A stretch of 64,000 nucleotides of DNA from Bacillota bacterium (lineage in GTDB: Bacteria; Bacillota; Clostridia; Acetivibrionales; JANLFN01), in contig JAUZPR010000001.1 in assembly GCA_030705825.1 (NCBI GenBank), positions 17,772-81,771 of the forward strand, written 5' to 3'. Position 1 is the first letter of the stretch. The number at the start of each line of letters is the position of its first letter. The notes under the pieces are model-generated. The model ran no database searches, was not told where the DNA came from, and was given only the letters and a program-made list of their open reading frames with translations. Shown here piece by piece: positions 35,091 through 45,111 of this stretch. The position numbers and the translations under genes were made by a program.

Positions 35091-36772
35091 TGAGTATATT
35101 TTGGAAAATGATAAAAGTAAGCTTGAGGGTCAATTTTGGAATTTCGGTATTGAAATACCGCTTTACCAGAGAAAAGAAAAAGCTGTGGGAACCTATATTG
35201 ATAGGTATCAGTGCGCTTTTGGGCCTGGGCTTTTTTACAGCCATGTCTACGTTAATAATGATTGTTTTATACAAGGGCGCGTCGCAGCCACAGGTAGGAA
35301 GCCCGGAATTAGTCCTGACATTTGCCTTCCTGGCAGGACAGCTTGTAATCTTTTTCTTTGGAATATTCTACATAATCAGTTCGTTTTACTTTTCAAAGGA
35401 CATGAATATCCTTGTACCACTGCCCTTAAAGCCTTACCATATACTTGGAAGCAAGTTTGTTGTAGTAATGGTAAATGAATATCTGACGCTGATACCGTTT
35501 CTTATTCCGGCTATAATTATTTACGGCTGCGGTACTTCACAGGGGATAGTTTATTGGCTGAAGGCCCTGTTGCTGTTTATTACATCGCCGGCAATACCTC
35601 TTATAATAGCTGCACTTTTTGATGTGGTAATAATGCGTTTTATAAACTTAAGAAAAAGCCGGGATTTGCTTGCTATTATCGGGGGATTGTTTGGTTTGTT
35701 CCTGGCACTTGGAATAAACTTTTTAGCACAAAGCATACCTAAAAATGCGGGTATGAATACACTGACCAGTTTTGCAGCCGATAAGGCACATATAATTGAA
35801 TCAATAGGAAAGAATTTTCCGCCAAGTATATGGGCAACCTTCTCTCTATCAAAGAACGGATTTGCGGGTATCGGATATCTGTTGCTATTTATAGGCGTGG
35901 CTATAGTTCTTTTCCTGCTACTGCTGAAATTGGCCGATTTGGTTTTCTTCAAGGCAGTACTTGCCGGACAGGAATCCATCAAAAAGAAGAAGGCTATGAG
36001 CAGGGAAAAAAGAGAAGCATTGTACAGCCAATCATCCTCTACCGTACGTGCAATATTTAAAAGAGAATGGAAGCTTTTATTCAGGACTCCGGTATTTGCC
36101 ATGAACTGCCTTGCAGGAATGCTGGTTGGTCCAATATTTGCGGTTATGCCCATGCTTGCCAAAAACAGCAATATGAAGTTTCTGACCGATATCATATCAA
36201 ACAAGGCAAATGCAATGCCTGCAAGTCTTGCGGCACTTGGACTCATGCTTTTTTCTGCATCAATGAATATGGTATCCAGTACTTCAGTATCAAGGGAAGG
36301 CAATATGTTCTGGATTTCCAAGCTGATTCCTGTTAGTGCTGAAGAGCAGATTAAGGGTAAGCTTATCCATAGCATACTTATAACTTTAATAGGAGTCATA
36401 GTAACAGGTGTAGTGCTGATTTTGATGTTCCATCTGTCCTTTATCAGGGTTTTGGTTATAATGATACTTGGTATTATAGGAACAGTACCTATGTCGATTT
36501 ATGGGCTGCTTATAGACTTATCACACCCCAAGCTTGTCTGGACCAATCCTCAGGAAGCTGTCAAGTCCAATCTTAATGGAATACTCGGAATGGCAGCATC
36601 GTTATTGATAATTGGAATACTCGCTGTTGTTTCCATACTTATTGTGACTTCACATTTTCAGGATTGGTTTTGTTATCTTGCAATTGGAGTAATAATGGTG
36701 GTCATTTCGATACCGGGATATTACGGTCTTATTAATACGGCAAAAAGAAAGTATTTTACTATTGAAGTTTAA
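35090..36772 (+). CDS. Polytopic ABC-exporter membrane protein (about 12 TM), unknown substrate
   Basis: 560 aa and highly hydrophobic. It is translationally coupled (TAATG) to the ATPase. Confidence 0.65.
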   Translation: MSIFWKMIKVSLRVNFGISVLKYRFTREKKKLWEPILIGISALLGLGFFTAMSTLIMIVLYKGASQPQVGSPELVLTFAFLAGQLVIFFFGIFYIISSFYFSKDMNILVPLPLKPYHILGSKFVVVMVNEYLTLIPFLIPAIIIYGCGTSQGIVYWLKALLLFITSPAIPLIIAALFDVVIMRFINLRKSRDLLAIIGGLFGLFLALGINFLAQSIPKNAGMNTLTSFAADKAHIIESIGKNFPPSIWATFSLSKNGFAGIGYLLLFIGVAIVLFLLLLKLADLVFFKAVLAGQESIKKKKAMSREKREALYSQSSSTVRAIFKREWKLLFRTPVFAMNCLAGMLVGPIFAVMPMLAKNSNMKFLTDIISNKANAMPASLAALGLMLFSASMNMVSSTSVSREGNMFWISKLIPVSAEEQIKGKLIHSILITLIGVIVTGVVLILMFHLSFIRVLVIMILGIIGTVPMSIYGLLIDLSHPKLVWTNPQEAVKSNLNGILGMAASLLIIGILAVVSILIVTSHFQDWFCYLAIGVIMVVISIPGYYGLINTAKRKYFTIEV

Positions 36773-36800
36773 TTACCGGATACCCGGTTTGCCTTTAAAT

Positions 36801-36828
36801 AAAAATGCCTTCATATGAAGGCATTTTT
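36801..36828. terminator. Bidirectional terminator between the ABC-2 operon and the TetR gene
   Basis: AAAAATGCCTTCATATGAAGGCATTTTT is a perfect palindrome. Confidence 0.85.
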
Positions 36829-36864
36829 ATTTAAGCATTATTAAGCTATATTTCTTACTTGTGT

Positions 36865-37521
36865 TCAAGTTGATGGATGACGGTCTGCCTTGATGTACTC
36901 GACAATCATCTCAATGACCTGGAGTACCTGTTCATCTGGATCGATATTCTGTTCATGCCTTAATATATTCCCCCTTGAAGCCATCCTTTCAGCCACGCTG
37001 ATAAATGAATTACCTATAAAAACAGCTAATTTGTGGGCAGGAATATCCGAACGGATTGAACCGTCCTCAAGCCCTTCGTTTATTAATTCGGGAATAGGGG
37101 GGCAGTCCTTTAGAAAATCCCTGTATCTTTCTTCCAGCTCTTTGGTTGGGTAGTTGTGGCGGTAATAATGATCAAACAAGCCTATATATCTGAATGAGTC
37201 GGTTCTTTTACGGTACAAGTCAAACTGTGCCAAAAGCACATTCCTTACCTTCTCCAGTGCATTTGTTCCAATAGCGGCTGCTTTCCTCGAAACTATCTCT
37301 TTAGCTTTAAGTATCTTCATTTGTACTTCGAAAGCTATTTCATCTATTGAATTATAATATTTGTATAATGTAACACGGCTTATTCCTACATTGCTTGCGA
37401 TATCCATCATTGATACTCCAGGTAAATCCCTTAATAAAAATAGTTTTTCAGCAGAGCATATTATTTCATTCCTGCGGGAATCACGCTGCCTGTTAAGTTC
37501 TTTTTCCCAATCATCCTTCAT
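36865..37521 (-). CDS. TetR/AcrR family transcriptional regulator
   Basis: N-terminal HTH VSMMDIASNVGISRVTLYKYY. Confidence 0.85.
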   Translation of the reverse strand: MKDDWEKELNRQRDSRRNEIICSAEKLFLLRDLPGVSMMDIASNVGISRVTLYKYYNSIDEIAFEVQMKILKAKEIVSRKAAAIGTNALEKVRNVLLAQFDLYRKRTDSFRYIGLFDHYYRHNYPTKELEERYRDFLKDCPPIPELINEGLEDGSIRSDIPAHKLAVFIGNSFISVAERMASRGNILRHEQNIDPDEQVLQVIEMIVEYIKADRHPST

Positions 37522-37578
37522 AGAAAGAAACCTCCGATATTATAATACGATTTTAACCTTAATTACACATTGAAAGCA

Positions 37579-37599
37579 GTATTTACAACATGTAAATAC
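37579..37599. promoter_or_regulatory. Palindromic operator candidate in the TetR / flavin-reductase divergent region
   Basis: GTATTTACA-aca-TGTAAATAC has perfect 9-bp arms. Confidence 0.5.
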
Positions 37600-37708
37600 A
37601 ACCCGATGATATATGAAAAAAATATCAGTGTCAATATTTTTATTTATTTTTTTTACTTGAAATAATATACTATTTTATAGCTATATAAAGAAAGGATGAT
37701 ATTAATTT

Positions 37709-38323
37709 ATGTTTAAACAGCAGTGGAAACCTTCAACCCTGTTAAATCCGGTTCCGGTTGTGATGGTTACATGCTCGGATAAAGACGGGAAGTCTAACAT
37801 TATAACTCTTGCCTGGGCAGGCACGGTTAACTCGGAGCCGCCAATGGTATCAATTTCCGTAAGAAAGGAACGCTATTCCCACCAATTGATCAAGGACAGG
37901 GGGGAATTTGTTATTAACCTTACAACACGTAAACTGGCTCGTGCTACTGACCTTTGTGGAGTCAAATCCGGCAGGGATACTGATAAATTTGAATTGACAA
38001 AACTTACTAAGGAAAAGGCGTCAAAGGTAGATGTACCTCTTATAAAGGAGAGCCCTGTCAATCTGGAATGTGTTGTGAGGCAGATAATAGAACTGGGATC
38101 TCACGATATGTTTATTGCAGAAATTACAGCTGTTGATGTAGATGAAACCCTTATCGATGAAAAGGGTCGGCTTGATTTAGGAAAGGCAGATCTGATTGCT
38201 TATTCCCATGGTGAATACTGGAGCCTTGAAAAGCCTTTGGGTTATTTCGGTTATTCGGTAGCCAAAAGAAAAAGCATTAGAAAAACAGGAAATATAAGGA
38301 AGAAGAAGGATTTAAGAAAGTAA
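37709..38323 (+). CDS. Flavin reductase-like (FMN-binding split-barrel) protein with a Lys/Arg-rich C-terminal tail
   Basis: PVPVVMVTCSDKDGKSNIITLAWAGTVNSEPPMVSISVR is a flavin_reduct-type pattern. The tail is KRKSIRKTGNIRKKKDLRK. Confidence 0.7.
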   Translation: MFKQQWKPSTLLNPVPVVMVTCSDKDGKSNIITLAWAGTVNSEPPMVSISVRKERYSHQLIKDRGEFVINLTTRKLARATDLCGVKSGRDTDKFELTKLTKEKASKVDVPLIKESPVNLECVVRQIIELGSHDMFIAEITAVDVDETLIDEKGRLDLGKADLIAYSHGEYWSLEKPLGYFGYSVAKRKSIRKTGNIRKKKDLRK

Positions 38324-38497
38324 CGGCGAATAAATATAAGTTGGTGTATGTTTATAAGTTTGTTCTAAAAAAGGGGCATGAGCTCCTGATTTTGCTTTAA
38401 TGATCTTTGATATGCTGGAAATCTTTTATTATTAATTGCTTTAGTGGTTAATATAACAGGATTTCCTATATGAGTTCATATGGGAGGGGGATTATCC

Positions 38498-38869
38498 ATG
38501 TCTCTGCTGAATGATGTAAGAGAAAAGATATCCGATACTGCCAGGGCGGCTGTGAAAGCCTCCAGGGAGCTTGCAGAGATATCAAGACTAAATGCGGCTG
38601 TCAAATCGGAAGAGGAGAAAATTAAAACGCTTCTTCAGGATATAGGCCTGGCTGTATTTGAAACTTACAGAGACAATAAACCTGTAATGGTTGATTTGGA
38701 ACTGAAATGCAAAGAGATAATGGAATGCCGGCAAAACATTGTAGAACTCAAGGAGAGGATTCTGGACGTTAAAAATCTGGTTGCCTGTCCAAACTGTAAA
38801 GCGTCGGTCGAAAGGGTTTTCGTGTATTGTCCCGAATGCGGGACTCAGCTTGAAAGTTCGGAACAGTAG
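38498..38869 (+). CDS. Coiled-coil protein with a C-terminal zinc ribbon
   Basis: CPNC...17 aa...CPEC. ATG 38498 after GGAGGGGG. Confidence 0.55.
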   Translation: MSLLNDVREKISDTARAAVKASRELAEISRLNAAVKSEEEKIKTLLQDIGLAVFETYRDNKPVMVDLELKCKEIMECRQNIVELKERILDVKNLVACPNCKASVERVFVYCPECGTQLESSEQ

Positions 38870-38890
38870 CCGGAACTGGAACACTAAAGA

Positions 38891-38925
38891 AAAGGGTGCG
38901 GATTTATATTCGCACCTTTATTTTT
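38891..38925 (+). terminator. Rho-independent terminator
   Basis: AAAGGGTGCG pairs with CGCACCTTT, followed by a T-run. Confidence 0.8.
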
Positions 38926-38942
38926 ATGGGTAAAATTTTATA

Positions 38943-38967
38943 CTAAAAGGGGGCTTGATGCCCCCTT
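38943..38967 (-). terminator. Terminator of pfp (minus strand)
   Basis: GGGGGC/GCCCCC hairpin followed by TTTTA on the minus strand. Confidence 0.6.
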
Positions 38968-38981
38968 ATGTTTATTAATAT

Positions 38982-40229
38982 TTATTTAGCTGCAAGTACC
39001 TTCTTTAGTTTTGTAAACCTTGGAAGTCCATTCTCCAACGGAACCTTTGATTCTCCCTGTATAAGGGGAAGAGCATAGTTGATGAAATTTTCATTAAGAC
39101 CGTTGCCTTCCTTATTGATCCATTCTCTGGGGATCTTCTTTTCAGTATTTGCAACATCAGTAAGATTGATAAGCTTTATGTTACATTTGTATTCAGGTCC
39201 ATCTGCTCTTTCAAAGGCTACCATGTAGTCTGTCTTACCTTCGACAGCATATCTTACCGCCATCTGGCCGGCATAGAATGCTTCATTGACATCGGTTGCA
39301 GAACCAACGTGCGCGGCACATCTCTGGAGAAGGCTGAACTCAATACCACGAACCTTGGCACCTGTATGCTGTTTTGCTATGTTTGCAAGAGTTGAAGCGA
39401 GACCGCCGAGCTGAGAATGTCCGAATGAATCCTTGTTCTGTGCGAGGTCTGAACCGTATTCGGAAATGTATTTGCCGTTCTTGTCCCTTATACCTTCGGA
39501 AACAGCTACTATACAGTGGCCATTCTTGCTGTATACATCTTTAACTTCTGATATAAACTTGTCCATATCAAAATCAATTTCAGGAAGATAAACAAGGTCA
39601 GGACCTGCGCCCATATGCTTTGCAAGTGCGGAAGAGGCGGTAAGCCAGCCTGCGTTTCTTCCCATTATTTCAAGAATTGTTACCATACCTTTATCATAAA
39701 CCCTTGCATCATGATAAACTTCCATAGTTGAAGTTGCTATATATTTTGCAGCACTTCCATAACCGGGACAGTGGTCGGTTCCCCAAAGGTCGTTATCAAT
39801 TGTTTTTGGAACGCCCATTACTCTGCACTCGTAACCGGATTTCTGCATATACTTGCTGATTTTGTTGCAGGTATCCATTGAGTCGTTTCCGCCGTTATAA
39901 AAGAAATACCTGATATTGTATTTTTTGAAAACTTCAAGAATTCTCTTATAATCGGTTTCATCATCTTCAGCACTCTTAAGCTTATAACGTACAGAACCAA
40001 GTGCGGACGAAGGAGTAGTCTTTAATAATTCGAGCTCATATGGATCTTCTTTGCTCATATCATAGAACTTTTCATCAAGAACTCCCTTAATTCCGTGTGC
40101 TGCACCATAAACTGCAGTTATGTTTCCCTGCTTTAGAGCTTCTGTAAATACTCCTGCGGCACTGGCATTGATAACCGATGTAGGACCGCCGGATTGTCCG
40201 AATATGCAGGCCCCTTTCAATTCACTCAT
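38982..40229 (-). CDS. pfp: 6-phosphofructokinase, probably PPi-dependent
   Basis: 415 aa. GGNDS (Asp where ATP-PFKs have Gly104) and PKTIDND (Lys where ATP-PFKs have Gly124) are the residues associated with PPi use. Confidence 0.85.
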   Translation of the reverse strand: MSELKGACIFGQSGGPTSVINASAAGVFTEALKQGNITAVYGAAHGIKGVLDEKFYDMSKEDPYELELLKTTPSSALGSVRYKLKSAEDDETDYKRILEVFKKYNIRYFFYNGGNDSMDTCNKISKYMQKSGYECRVMGVPKTIDNDLWGTDHCPGYGSAAKYIATSTMEVYHDARVYDKGMVTILEIMGRNAGWLTASSALAKHMGAGPDLVYLPEIDFDMDKFISEVKDVYSKNGHCIVAVSEGIRDKNGKYISEYGSDLAQNKDSFGHSQLGGLASTLANIAKQHTGAKVRGIEFSLLQRCAAHVGSATDVNEAFYAGQMAVRYAVEGKTDYMVAFERADGPEYKCNIKLINLTDVANTEKKIPREWINKEGNGLNENFINYALPLIQGESKVPLENGLPRFTKLKKVLAAK

Positions 40230-40439
40230 TATATTACCCTCCCATTTGTATAAATGTAATTGTATATGTAAACCTTACCTGTCTAACAGGTTATTTTAGC
40301 GGCATAAATGCGCGCTTAAAGACTACAGGGCATATATTGCCCAGTTCCTAATCAAATTAAAATATAACACAAACATATCCAAATTGCAATTCCGAGCTTG
40401 CTAAATTTTTATCAAAATATACAGGGGGAATATACATTT

Positions 40440-41426
40440 CTATAAAAGTTTTTTTAGACTTTCACAGGAATTTATGAGAAGTTCTCCGAGGCATACCGCA
40501 TCAGTATAGAGTGATTCGATTTGAGGATACTTTTTATATATTTCCTTTAAGTCCAGGCTTTCCAGCTTTTTTAATACGGATTCTGCATTCAATATATCAG
40601 ACAGACTTTGCTGCCTGATATTTCCGATCAGGAACTCAGGTGTAGAAAGAACATGACATGGATATACTGAACCATCCTGAAGTATATTGATATAACACCC
40701 GATGCCGCAGCTTCCACAGGTCTTAAGCATGTAACTTTCAGCATCCTTTTTCACATGGATAAAACCATAACGTTTTTCCCAGAACCTGAAAATAACAGAC
40801 TGCGCATATGTCCATGAGCACAGAAGGTCATTTCTGTTAAAACCGCGACCAACAGGTCTGAAGGGGGAAAAGTGGAATTGGTTGACATGCATGTTATCAA
40901 CGGCATATTCCATAAAGGCTTCCAGTTTACCAGAATTCTCTGATGTTAATGTGACTGATATGCCCGGTGAAATTCCTGCAAGGTTAAGCAGCCTGATTGC
41001 ACGTTCAGCTTTGCTAAAAACACCTTCGCCCCTTAGCCGGTCGTTTGTATAAGGGAGCCCGTCGACACTTATGCGTATCTCGTCGAAGTGCTTTGCAATC
41101 TGAAAAGCCTGGTTCTCGTCAATCAATGTACCGTTGGACATAAGGCACAGTCTTGTCCTACGTGAAGCGTCAATACTTCGGAAAGCAGCTGCTATAGGAT
41201 ATATGTCATCTCTTAACAGGGGCTCACCTCCGGTGAAGACAAGCTTTTCTGGAGAAAGAGCTGCAATGTCTTTAAAAAGCCCATTAAACTCCTCGAAAGA
41301 TAATTCGGTATTAACTGTATGATCGGCATCTGAATTATCACCGGCATTGAAGTAGCAGTATGAACACTTTAAATTACACTTTCTTGTCATATGTATATAT
41401 ATGTTTTTAATTTTATTTTCAACCAT
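40440..41426 (-). CDS. Radical SAM protein with a C-terminal SPASM/twitch-like Cys cluster
   Basis: CNLKCSYC (Cx3Cx2C), GGEPLL, and C-terminal CGSCGIGC...VYPCH. The start lies 2 nt after the HEAT-gene stop. Confidence 0.8.
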   Translation of the reverse strand: MVENKIKNIYIHMTRKCNLKCSYCYFNAGDNSDADHTVNTELSFEEFNGLFKDIAALSPEKLVFTGGEPLLRDDIYPIAAAFRSIDASRRTRLCLMSNGTLIDENQAFQIAKHFDEIRISVDGLPYTNDRLRGEGVFSKAERAIRLLNLAGISPGISVTLTSENSGKLEAFMEYAVDNMHVNQFHFSPFRPVGRGFNRNDLLCSWTYAQSVIFRFWEKRYGFIHVKKDAESYMLKTCGSCGIGCYINILQDGSVYPCHVLSTPEFLIGNIRQQSLSDILNAESVLKKLESLDLKEIYKKYPQIESLYTDAVCLGELLINSCESLKKLL

Positions 41427-41428
41427 AG

Positions 41429-43600
41429 TTAGGCCCTTATACGTTCCTGAATCATTTTAATTACCGATGAATACAACTGAGGCCATAGCCCTTGAAGAGG
41501 ATACATAATAGTTTTAGCCTCTGCTGACCCGATGCTTTCGCCTACCTGCACCAGCAGCCACTCAAAGTGGTTCAGATCTCCCATTGGTATCATTTTGTAT
41601 TTTGAAAGGTCGCTTACTAAAAGGCGCATAACTTCTGGTGTTTTAAAATCTTTTACCAGCTCGTCAAAGAACTTCCACTTCTCTCCTTCGGATTCTCTAA
41701 CCGAATTCATTGCTCCCTGCAGCAAACGACGGTACCTTCTTTCATTTTCATTATTCAATTCGTCCTGTATTTGCCGACTTAAATTGCCTTGCTGTGAAAT
41801 ATACCATTCCATTTTATATGGAGGATTACCCCTTGCTTGCAATTCACTAAGCGCAATATTTCTCTGCTCCTGGAAATTGACACTTTCAGACCATTCCCCT
41901 CCGCAACCGTTGCTCATATGAACAGAAACATCCTTTTTTTGAGCTACAATATGTAGTATATTACTTGTTACATTGGATTTTATATTGCATAAGCTTCTAA
42001 TGGCATCATTTGAAGGTTCAAGCGTTATATATCCTGGGTCATGGCTGTAGCCATGATATTTGTGATCATACGTAGAGGCTTTTATTGCCCAGTCTATAAT
42101 TTCTTCACTAAGAAGTGAATATCCTATGAATTCTTTCAGTTTTCCTCTTATATCTGAAGATGTATCAGCATGTGGTGCATAAAACATATTGCGAAGCAGA
42201 ATGTCGATCACAGTGGGCTCATGCATTTTACATAGAGCTGTCAGGGCATTAACATTCCCTCTTTGTTTCCATATATTCAATAGTTTGGGGGCAATCGGCC
42301 TGGCGGCAGAACCAATGCTTCCTATAGCCAAAATGGCATTTGAGACTACACCATTGTCATTATCATTAAGTGCTTTTTCCAGGGCAGGCATTGCTTCCAA
42401 AGCATTTTCGCCAAACTTCTCAAGTGTGAACGCGGCATTTCTTCGAACTATAGGAGAATCATATGCAAGCCTTTCTATAAGAGGTGGAATTACCGTTTTA
42501 CCTAGTGCAGCCAATGCAGCAGATGCATATTTGTATATATTTGAGTCGTTTTCGGACAGAGTCCCAAGAAGGTATAGTACGCCATCCAGATCTGCTCCTA
42601 TGCTGCTGATTGCCTTGACACATGCTATCTTTACTTTTGGATCGTTGTCAGACAACAGCCTGTAAAGAACGGGAAGAGCAGGAGCTGCTGTCCTGCCTAT
42701 AGTTTCCAACACTTCTGCGGTTACTGTTCTGACTGAGGAATTAGCGTGGGTTAAGCCGTTAAGCAGCAAATTTATATTGTTTTTGCTTATTTTACCAAGG
42801 GTTGATTCAACTTGAGCCAAGTTTTCATCAAAATGCTGCATATTGAATATGGAAGGGATTGACTCTGCTGCAAGCTCTCCCATTTTTCCAAGGAGTGTCA
42901 GTATCTTGTTCCTGATATCGCGGGAATTGTCAGAAAGGGCCGCTGCCAGATAAGGAACAGCTTCCTTGGATTTAATATCAATACTTTCCAAAACGGCTAT
43001 AATTTTGGTTTTAAGAGCAGTATCCTGGATTTTTAAAAGCTGTATCAGATATGGTACTGAAGTATTGCCCATTTTGATAAGAGTATCTTTTGCAGAGTTG
43101 GAAACATCATAGTTTTTACCTGTAAAAGCATTAATTAGCGACTGGATAACCTGGGGGATGTTGGCGTATGGGATACCTATACTACTCAAAAGATTAATTG
43201 CTGTTATACGCTGGGTGGTTGACATTTCCCGGGCTTTTTTAAGTTCTGCAAGAGATTCAATCATCATCCTTCCGTCCGGGGGAAGCTTTTTCAACCTCTT
43301 TTCCGCATTTTTCAGTCTTTCAGTGTTACTACTATTCAAATCATATAATAAATCGTTAATACCGCTCCTTAGTGAATAGTCAAGTTGATCTATATAATTT
43401 TGGGTTTCCTGCCATTCATTATCAACCTGAGTGCTGTTTATAATATCAATAAGTGTGGGAATAATAGTCTGACCGACGCCAAGCACCGTCTTAATTGAGG
43501 TATCACGTAGCTTATCATTTGCACTTCCCAGATTTCGCAGAGCTGTAATAATGGGGTCCTCCTTTTGTTGTGAGGCGGATGGTTTTCTGAATAGACCCAT
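41429..43600 (-). CDS. HEAT-repeat (PBS-lyase HEAT-like) protein with an unassigned ~240-aa C-terminal domain
   Basis: Repeated ~31-aa units such as DPKVKIACVKAISSIG, SPIVRRNAAFTLEKFG and DNGVVSNAILAIGSIG. SD GGGGGG. Confidence 0.65.
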   Translation of the reverse strand: MGLFRKPSASQQKEDPIITALRNLGSANDKLRDTSIKTVLGVGQTIIPTLIDIINSTQVDNEWQETQNYIDQLDYSLRSGINDLLYDLNSSNTERLKNAEKRLKKLPPDGRMMIESLAELKKAREMSTTQRITAINLLSSIGIPYANIPQVIQSLINAFTGKNYDVSNSAKDTLIKMGNTSVPYLIQLLKIQDTALKTKIIAVLESIDIKSKEAVPYLAAALSDNSRDIRNKILTLLGKMGELAAESIPSIFNMQHFDENLAQVESTLGKISKNNINLLLNGLTHANSSVRTVTAEVLETIGRTAAPALPVLYRLLSDNDPKVKIACVKAISSIGADLDGVLYLLGTLSENDSNIYKYASAALAALGKTVIPPLIERLAYDSPIVRRNAAFTLEKFGENALEAMPALEKALNDNDNGVVSNAILAIGSIGSAARPIAPKLLNIWKQRGNVNALTALCKMHEPTVIDILLRNMFYAPHADTSSDIRGKLKEFIGYSLLSEEIIDWAIKASTYDHKYHGYSHDPGYITLEPSNDAIRSLCNIKSNVTSNILHIVAQKKDVSVHMSNGCGGEWSESVNFQEQRNIALSELQARGNPPYKMEWYISQQGNLSRQIQDELNNENERRYRRLLQGAMNSVRESEGEKWKFFDELVKDFKTPEVMRLLVSDLSKYKMIPMGDLNHFEWLLVQVGESIGSAEAKTIMYPLQGLWPQLYSSVIKMIQERIRA

Positions 43601-43863
43601 ATAAATTCCCCCCTAAATTCCATAAATTACATATAAATACATTCGAACTAATTAAATGTTAACATACAGCCTGATATTTTTAAAGTAAAAATGATAAACA
43701 AATGGAATTACAAATAATAACTTGATTTTGAGTTCAAATCTGGTAAAATTATATTGACAAAAACTTGACAATACATCTATAAAAGACGCAGGGTACTAGA
43801 AAATCAAAGTTTTATATCACTTTGGAATTATTGTTTTAACTGCATTATTTACATATACAGCTT

Positions 43864-43892
43864 TTGTAACATGTATCTAGTACATATATAAT
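43864..43892 (+). promoter_or_regulatory. fba promoter
   Basis: TTGTAA (43864-43869), a 17-nt spacer, then TATAAT (43887-43892). Confidence 0.65.
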
Positions 43893-43983
43893 ATGTGGTT
43901 AAAATTGAGTGTTAAAGGTTAAATTATAATAAATGCGTCTAGTATCGCCAAGAAAAACTATACCATAGAAGGAGTTGTTCAAT

Positions 43984-44913
43984 ATGCCGTTGGTTACGAC
44001 AAAAGAAATGTTTAAAAAGGCCTATGAAGGCGGGTATGCAATCGGTGCGTTCAACGTTAATAACATGGAAATCATACAGGGTATAACCGAAGCTGCCAAG
44101 GAAGAAAATGCACCATTGATACTTCAGGTATCATCAGGGGCAAGAAAGTATGCCAACCATACTTACCTTGTAAAATTGGTTGAAGCTGCAATTCAGGAAA
44201 CAAATCTTCCTATATGCCTCCATCTTGATCATGGTGACACATTTGAACTTTGTAAATCCTGTGTTGACGGAGGATTTACTTCAGTTATGATTGACGGATC
44301 ACATCATCCGTTTGAGGAAAATATCAAGCTGACAAAACAGGTTGTTGAATATGCACACGATAAGGGTGTAGTCGTTGAAGCTGAGCTTGGAAGACTTGCC
44401 GGCATAGAAGATGCTGTTAACGTTAACGACAAGGATGCAGCATTTACAAAGCCTGAAGAAGTTGAAGAATTTGTAAGCAAAACAGGTGTTGATTCACTTG
44501 CAATTGCAATCGGAACTAGCCATGGAGCATATAAATTCAAGGGTGAAGCCAGACTGAGATTTGATATTCTTGAGGAAGTCCAGAAAAAACTTCCCGGCTT
44601 CCCGATAGTACTTCACGGAGCATCATCGGTTATTCCGGAGTTTGTTGACATGATCAACCAGTTCGGCGGACAGATGCCAGGAGCAAAGGGTGTTCCTGAA
44701 GATATGCTGAGAAAAGCTGCTTCAATGGCAGTTTGCAAAATCAACATAGACTCTGACTTAAGGCTTGCAATGACTGGTACTATAAGAAAGTATTTTGCTG
44801 AAAATCCATCACACTTCGATCCAAGACAATACCTTGGACCAGCTAGAAATGCAATCAAGGGCCTGGTTAAGCATAAACTTGTTGACGTACTTGGCTGCAA
44901 CGGAAAAGCATAA
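43984..44913 (+). CDS. fba: Class II fructose-1,6-bisphosphate aldolase
   Basis: GAFNVNN, HLDHG and VLHGASS motifs. ATG 43984 after GAAGGAG. Confidence 0.9.
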   Translation: MPLVTTKEMFKKAYEGGYAIGAFNVNNMEIIQGITEAAKEENAPLILQVSSGARKYANHTYLVKLVEAAIQETNLPICLHLDHGDTFELCKSCVDGGFTSVMIDGSHHPFEENIKLTKQVVEYAHDKGVVVEAELGRLAGIEDAVNVNDKDAAFTKPEEVEEFVSKTGVDSLAIAIGTSHGAYKFKGEARLRFDILEEVQKKLPGFPIVLHGASSVIPEFVDMINQFGGQMPGAKGVPEDMLRKAASMAVCKINIDSDLRLAMTGTIRKYFAENPSHFDPRQYLGPARNAIKGLVKHKLVDVLGCNGKA

Positions 44914-44934
44914 TAGTTTTCAAAGCGAATCTTT

Positions 44935-44969
44935 AAACTGCCGACAAACTTGTCGGCAGTTTTGTTTTT
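44935..44969 (+). terminator. Rho-independent terminator after fba
   Basis: AAACTGCCGACA pairs with TGTCGGCAGTTT, followed by a T-run. Confidence 0.85.
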
Positions 44970-45111
44970 AATAAAATAACAGAGTTAACATCAATAATCC
45001 TGGAGGGAAATACCCTCTAATCAAATCTAAAATCCTTTTATCCAATTGTAGATAATATCAAGTATAAAATAACCCTGCAAAGGTAAATAATAGTTCGTGG
45101 GGGTGTTTTAT

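Noticed and set aside
35551-36399. 282-aa minus-strand ORF
   Set aside because: It lies wholly inside the 560-aa ABC-exporter membrane gene, which is translationally coupled to its ATPase. It is a typical shadow ORF of a hydrophobic gene.
43785-43945. Repeated CTAGTA/TACTAGA motif (three copies) and GACGC/GCGTC complementarity in the fba upstream region, considered as a possible riboswitch or operator set
   Set aside because: The complementary pieces are in the wrong order to form one helix. The best promoter (43864-43892) would exclude the first copy from the transcript. A 6-7-nt motif occurring three times in AT-rich DNA is not significant on its own.
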